A DNA stretch of 64,000 bases, from assembly GCA_965658995.1 (NCBI GenBank), contig CBFHVI010000004.1, positions 7,836 to 71,835 of the forward strand, given 5' to 3'. Under the pieces are notes generated by a model. The model did no database searches, was not told where the DNA came from, and was given only the letters and a program-made list of their open reading frames with translations. Below, in pieces: positions 59,600-64,000 of this stretch (positions are counted from its first letter, which is position 1; each line of letters starts with the position of its first letter). The DNA comes from Flavobacteriales bacterium. Its GTDB lineage: Bacteria > Bacteroidota > Bacteroidia > Flavobacteriales_D > CAJJDF01. Made by a program: the position numbers and the translations under genes.

Positions 59600-60121
59600 A
59601 TGCTAAACAAAAGAGTAGAAGAAGCGTTAAATTCTCAATTAGTGGTGGAGGCATTTTCTTCCCATTACTATTTGGCTGTAGCTTCATGGGCTGAGGTAAA
59701 CGGACTTAGCGGAACATCAGAATTTTTTTACGAACAATCAGACGAAGAGAGAATGCATATGCTTCGATTGGTTAAGTTTATAAACGAAAGAGGAGGAAAA
59801 GCGATTATCCCCCAAATAGATATGCCCACGAATGATTTTAAATCAATTAGGTACGTCTTCGAAGAGTTTTTGAAGCATGAATTGACCGTGTCTGCCAAAG
59901 TAAACGAAGTGGTGGGAATTTGTTACGAAGAAAAAGATTTTCCTACCATGAATTTTATGCAATGGTATGTTTCTGAACAGATAGAAGAAGAGGCGGTTGT
60001 AAGAACTATTATCGATCAATTAAATTTGATTGGGGACGACAAAAGTGGATTGTACCACTTTGATAGAGACCTAAAAAACATCAAAAACCCTCAAATTACA
60101 ATCAATAATTCCGCAGAATAA
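59600..60121 (+). CDS. ftnA: non-heme ferritin
   Basis: E..SS..Y, EERMHM, HE..VS, QWYVSEQIEEE ferroxidase motifs. Confidence 0.92.
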   Translation: MLNKRVEEALNSQLVVEAFSSHYYLAVASWAEVNGLSGTSEFFYEQSDEERMHMLRLVKFINERGGKAIIPQIDMPTNDFKSIRYVFEEFLKHELTVSAKVNEVVGICYEEKDFPTMNFMQWYVSEQIEEEAVVRTIIDQLNLIGDDKSGLYHFDRDLKNIKNPQITINNSAE

Positions 60122-60141
60122 TTTCGCATACTCACTAAGAG

Positions 60142-60178
60142 AAAGAATGCGATGACGGGTTCATCGCATTCTTTTTTT
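60142..60178 (+). terminator. intrinsic terminator
   Basis: AAAGAATGCGATGA-loop-TCATCGCATTCTTT followed by a T run. Confidence 0.9.
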
Positions 60179-60279
60179 GCAAAATTCAATCCAAAACCTC
60201 CTCTAAACCCATAATTATTTGTACTTTAAGAGAACAATCTAATTTGTTCAGTTAAAACACACCTACATTTCCAAATCTT

Positions 60280-61236
60280 ATGATATTTTTAGCCTCACAA
60301 CTCTCACCAGCAGTAATTGTACTTCTTGTATTATTGGTAATTTTTATTATTCTTTCAATAGTTATTGTCCCCGAAAAATCGGCAAAAGTAATTCAACGTC
60401 TTGGAAAATTTAATCGAATAGCAGATTCGGGTCTTAGTTTTAAAATTCCTATTATTGACTCTGTCGCTGGAACAGTCAATTTACGAGTACTACAATTAGA
60501 CGTACACGTAGAAACAAAAACCATGGATAATGTGTTTGTGGTGATGCAAGCCTCTGTTCAATACAAAGTAATTCCGAGTAAAACAAAAGAGTCATTTTAC
60601 AGCTTAGACGATTCGTCAAGACAGATTTCTTCTTTTATTTTTGATGTGATTCGAGCAGAAGTTCCAAAACTGGAATTGGACGAAGTTTTCTCGAGGAAAG
60701 ACGATATTGCCAATGCAGTGAATCAAAGTCTTTCGGCCTCGATGGATGATTATGGTTTTGAAATAATTAAAACACTCATTACCGATATAGATCCGGATAG
60801 AAATGTAAAAGAGTCGATGAACAGAATTAATGCAGCTAAGAGAGACAAGGAAGCAGCCTTGCAAGAAGCTGAAGCGACAAAAATTACTATCGTAAAAGAG
60901 GCAGAAGCAGATGCGGAAAGTAAAAGACTACAAGGGGAAGGAGTTGCTGCACAGCGGATAGCAATTGTAAAAGGATTTAAAGAATCGATAGAAGATTTCA
61001 AAGATTCGCTAGACGAAATAAACTCCACCGAAGTGATGCAATTTGTGCTCTTGACTCAATATTTTGACACCCTCAATAGTATAGGGACTAAAGAAGGAAA
61101 TAATACCATTTTGGTGCCTCATTCTCCTGGAGGGATGAAAGATTTTCAGCAACAAATTATAGAAGGAACTTTTGTAGGACAAAAAATGTCGGAGGTAACA
61201 CCAAAAAAACGAAAGCAAAAGGATTCTTCTTCTTAA
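60280..61236 (+). CDS. SPFH/band 7 membrane protein
   Basis: N-terminal TM helix; ETKT.DNVFV, VIRAEVPKL.LD..F, AEA coiled-coil, TQYFDTL. Confidence 0.92.
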   Translation: MIFLASQLSPAVIVLLVLLVIFIILSIVIVPEKSAKVIQRLGKFNRIADSGLSFKIPIIDSVAGTVNLRVLQLDVHVETKTMDNVFVVMQASVQYKVIPSKTKESFYSLDDSSRQISSFIFDVIRAEVPKLELDEVFSRKDDIANAVNQSLSASMDDYGFEIIKTLITDIDPDRNVKESMNRINAAKRDKEAALQEAEATKITIVKEAEADAESKRLQGEGVAAQRIAIVKGFKESIEDFKDSLDEINSTEVMQFVLLTQYFDTLNSIGTKEGNNTILVPHSPGGMKDFQQQIIEGTFVGQKMSEVTPKKRKQKDSSS

Positions 61237-61269
61237 ATTTGCAGAAAAATTGACGCTACCTCTCACCTA

Positions 61270-62814
61270 ATGAAATGGATTGACTTTTCAATATCATCAC
61301 ACAGCTTTTTTTGGGCAATTGTTCCTGATATGAACTCTACCTCAGTGTTGCTTTATTGGCAAGTGGGTTGTCTTGTGTTGGCTGTTGCTTTTATTTATTT
61401 GTTTTTCCATGGTAAAAGACAAAAACGAAAAATAAGGTCGTTCATGGAAAGGCGCACTGCTACAATAATTTCGCAAAAAGAAAAAATAGAAGAACAAAAA
61501 GCTCTGCTCGAATATGAGCACGAAAAATCTGATGAGTTATTGAAAGACATTTTTCCTAATAAGATAGTGAAAGTGTTGAAAAATAAAGGAAAAATAGAAC
61601 CCGAATATTACGAAGAAGCTTCGGTGCTATTTGCTGACTTTGTGTCTTTTTCCAAAATTACGCCATTCCTTACTGCAGATCAATTAGTGGATACGCTAAA
61701 CGTTTATTTCAAAAAATTTGACTTGGTCATTACAGAGAACAAAATGATTTTGATAAAAACTATCGGAGATAGCTATTTTGCTGTGGGAGGAGTGCCTAAT
61801 AAAAACAGAAAGAACTCAATTTACACCGTCTTGTCGGGACTCCAAATGCAGAACGAAGTAAGTAAAGTGAACACAACTAAAAATCTAAATTGGCAAATTA
61901 GAGTGGGAATTACAACCGGAGAACTGGCCGCAGGAGTATTGGATACAAAACGACCTATGTTTGATGTTTGGGGCAGCTCTGTGAATGTGGCTAGCCGTCT
62001 TCAGGAAGCAGGATTGCCAGGAAAAGTGAATATTTCAGAAACTACCTACCGCTTGGTTTACCCTTTTTTTGATTGTGAAGAAAGAGGAGAAATTGCTACA
62101 AAAAATGTGGGGAATATACCCATGTACTTTGTGAACAGAATTAAACCTGAACTATCGGCAGATGAAGAAGGACTGGTTCCTAATTCTTTGTTTTGGAAAT
62201 ATGCACGAAATATTAAAAATGCCAAGCCCGATTACATTTCATTGTTCAAGGACATGAAAGAAAAAATAAGGAATGAACTACCCTCAGGAATTTATTATCA
62301 CAATGAAAAACATGCGTTGAACATAATGAATGCTGCAGAGTTTTTAGGGTTTGGAGAAGAAATTTACACAGAAGACATTTTGCTATTAAAAACTGCAGCA
62401 CTGCTCCACGATATCGGTTTTTTGGAGAGATATGAGAACAACGAAATTCTGGGTGCAGAATTTGCAAAAAATATCTTGCCTAAGTATAATTTTGATTCAG
62501 AACAAATAGAATTGATAGCCAGCTTAATTCTGGCGACAGAGCCTAGAAGAGAGCCTAAAACATTGCTGGAAGAAATAATGAAAGACGCTGATTTGGATTA
62601 CTTAGGAAGAGACGACTTTAAGGAAATTAGCCATAAACTGATGAGAGAATACATCGAAAATGGCGTGATAAAAACACCGCTGGAATTTCATGAAGCGCAA
62701 GTGAAATTTCTCAAAACCCATCAGTTTTATACAGATACTGCTAAATCTTCGAGGATAAAAAAGAAAAAAGAAAATATTGGGATTGCTTTAGCTTTATATA
62801 ATTCGCAAACTTAA
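61270..62814 (+). CDS. membrane-anchored class III adenylate/guanylate cyclase fused to an HD domain
   Basis: VLFADFVSFS, IKTIGDSY, FDVWGSSVNVASR; HD part YHN..H, ALLHDIGF, DADLDYLGR. Confidence 0.9.
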   Translation: MKWIDFSISSHSFFWAIVPDMNSTSVLLYWQVGCLVLAVAFIYLFFHGKRQKRKIRSFMERRTATIISQKEKIEEQKALLEYEHEKSDELLKDIFPNKIVKVLKNKGKIEPEYYEEASVLFADFVSFSKITPFLTADQLVDTLNVYFKKFDLVITENKMILIKTIGDSYFAVGGVPNKNRKNSIYTVLSGLQMQNEVSKVNTTKNLNWQIRVGITTGELAAGVLDTKRPMFDVWGSSVNVASRLQEAGLPGKVNISETTYRLVYPFFDCEERGEIATKNVGNIPMYFVNRIKPELSADEEGLVPNSLFWKYARNIKNAKPDYISLFKDMKEKIRNELPSGIYYHNEKHALNIMNAAEFLGFGEEIYTEDILLLKTAALLHDIGFLERYENNEILGAEFAKNILPKYNFDSEQIELIASLILATEPRREPKTLLEEIMKDADLDYLGRDDFKEISHKLMREYIENGVIKTPLEFHEAQVKFLKTHQFYTDTAKSSRIKKKKENIGIALALYNSQT

Positions 62815-64000
62815 CACTGCCGTATCGTCTGGATAAGGTTTCGAACCTTTGTATTTATCAATTGTTTCAAAAAGTGCTTTGTTCATCGCTTTCATGTTCA
62901 AGTAGGAATTTTCTACCACCGCTTTCGCCAATCTTTCAGATTGAAACCGAATGTTTTCCTCGTTCTCCACTTCCACCATTCCATCCGTGTAGCACATTAT
63001 TACTGTGTTCGGTTCGATGGTTAATTCTCCCACCTGAATACTAGGAAGCTCTTCAAATATTCTTAGGGCAATACATTCTGTATTTAGTTCAGTTACATTT
63101 TTTTATGAACCAATATAGGGTAATTGTGTCCAACGTTTATGTATTTTAACTTACGATTATGCTCGGTGTAATACCCAATAAAGAAGGTAATGAATTTTTC
63201 TCCTTTTACTGCTGAAAATACGCTTGTATTCAGTTCTTTTACTAATTCTTCAATCGTGAGATTGTTGTGATTGTATTTGACATTTGCTCGCAGAGTGGCT
63301 TCAAAAATTTGACATGAGCATTGCTACAGACATCCCTTTACCAGAAACATCGGCAATACAAAAAACATATTCATTTTTATTAATAGGAATGAAATCGTAA
63401 TAGTCTCCACTCACCATTTCTTTGGCGAGATAGGTAGCCGAGATATCAATGTATTAGTTGGAAGGTAAGTCATTGGGGAGAAATAATTTTTGCATCAATA
63501 CCGCCAATTTCATGTCATTTTCTTTCAGCTTTTTGTTCAACAACTCTTTTGCGAGAGTTTTGGTTTCTATCGCCACCGAGACAACATTCGCAATAGTCTG
63601 AATAAACCCCACATGATGTGAAATAAAGGAAGTCAAATCTTCTTCCTTTATTCCTCCTATCAGTAAAAAGAAAGTGGTTTTCGTTAATGAAAAATAGGCA
63701 TAATCAAATCAAACCCCTTTAATTTTTCAATGTTGGTATCTTCCAAAAGAGTTGTTTGTGTTACAGAGAGCATTTTGGTTTTATTGAAACCCGTGCAATC
63801 TTGATCTGTTCCAAAACTTATTATACACTTCTAAACATTTCTATTATTGATAAAAGCAAGCTTAGAAACTCCGATTTAGTAACGCATTACATTTTCAAAC
63901 TGATCCAAAACATCACTAATCTTGTAATTTTTGTTTACTGAGTTGGTTATCTCCAGAAGGGCAATTAATTTTTGCCTTTCTGTAGCCAATTCGTTATCAT
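62794..64000 (-). pseudogene. PP2C/SpoIIE (RsbU-like) phosphatase pseudogene; 5' end at or beyond the window edge
   Basis: Fragments LIALLEITNS, GDYYDF, CIADVSGKG, EKFITFF, NVGHNYP, YTDG and DDTA lie in different frames, with in-frame TAA/TAG stops. Confidence 0.85.

Noticed and set aside
61270-62814. Pycsar/CBASS anti-phage system
   Set aside because: The cyclase has adenine-selecting residues, there is no adjacent cNMP-binding TIR or TM effector, and the context is not a defence island

Overview
A 64 kb AT-rich chromosomal segment from a Bacteroidota bacterium, probably Flavobacteriales-like (T9SS C-terminal sorting domains, TAnnTTTG -7 promoters, alpha2-type GlyRS, fused E1 alpha/beta dehydrogenase). 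It is mostly housekeeping genes (rpiB, metK, valS, glyQS, ruvC, purK, pepP, msrB, selO, ferritin). I saw no rRNA, tRNA, CRISPR array or intact mobile element. The notable items are: (1) a probable oriC at about 3119-3739 with tandem DnaA-box-like 9-mers, DnaA-trio-like repeats and an IHF consensus, with no dnaA in the window; (2) an intact but apparently catalytically dead IS1595/IS1016-type transposase (10596-11270) heading a putative operon with capA/capB-like sulfonolipid genes, which is my best candidate for an undescribed system (a domesticated transposase acting as a regulator); (3) a LexA-like/dinB/dnaE2 mutagenesis cassette with a TGATA-N7-TATCA palindrome and a duplicated hairpin-forming leader upstream of both polymerase genes; (4) a dispersed GTCA-footed REP/REPIN-like repeat family with nested pairs; (5) at least five pseudogenes among accessory genes. 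All family assignments come from motif recognition by eye; no database searches were run.
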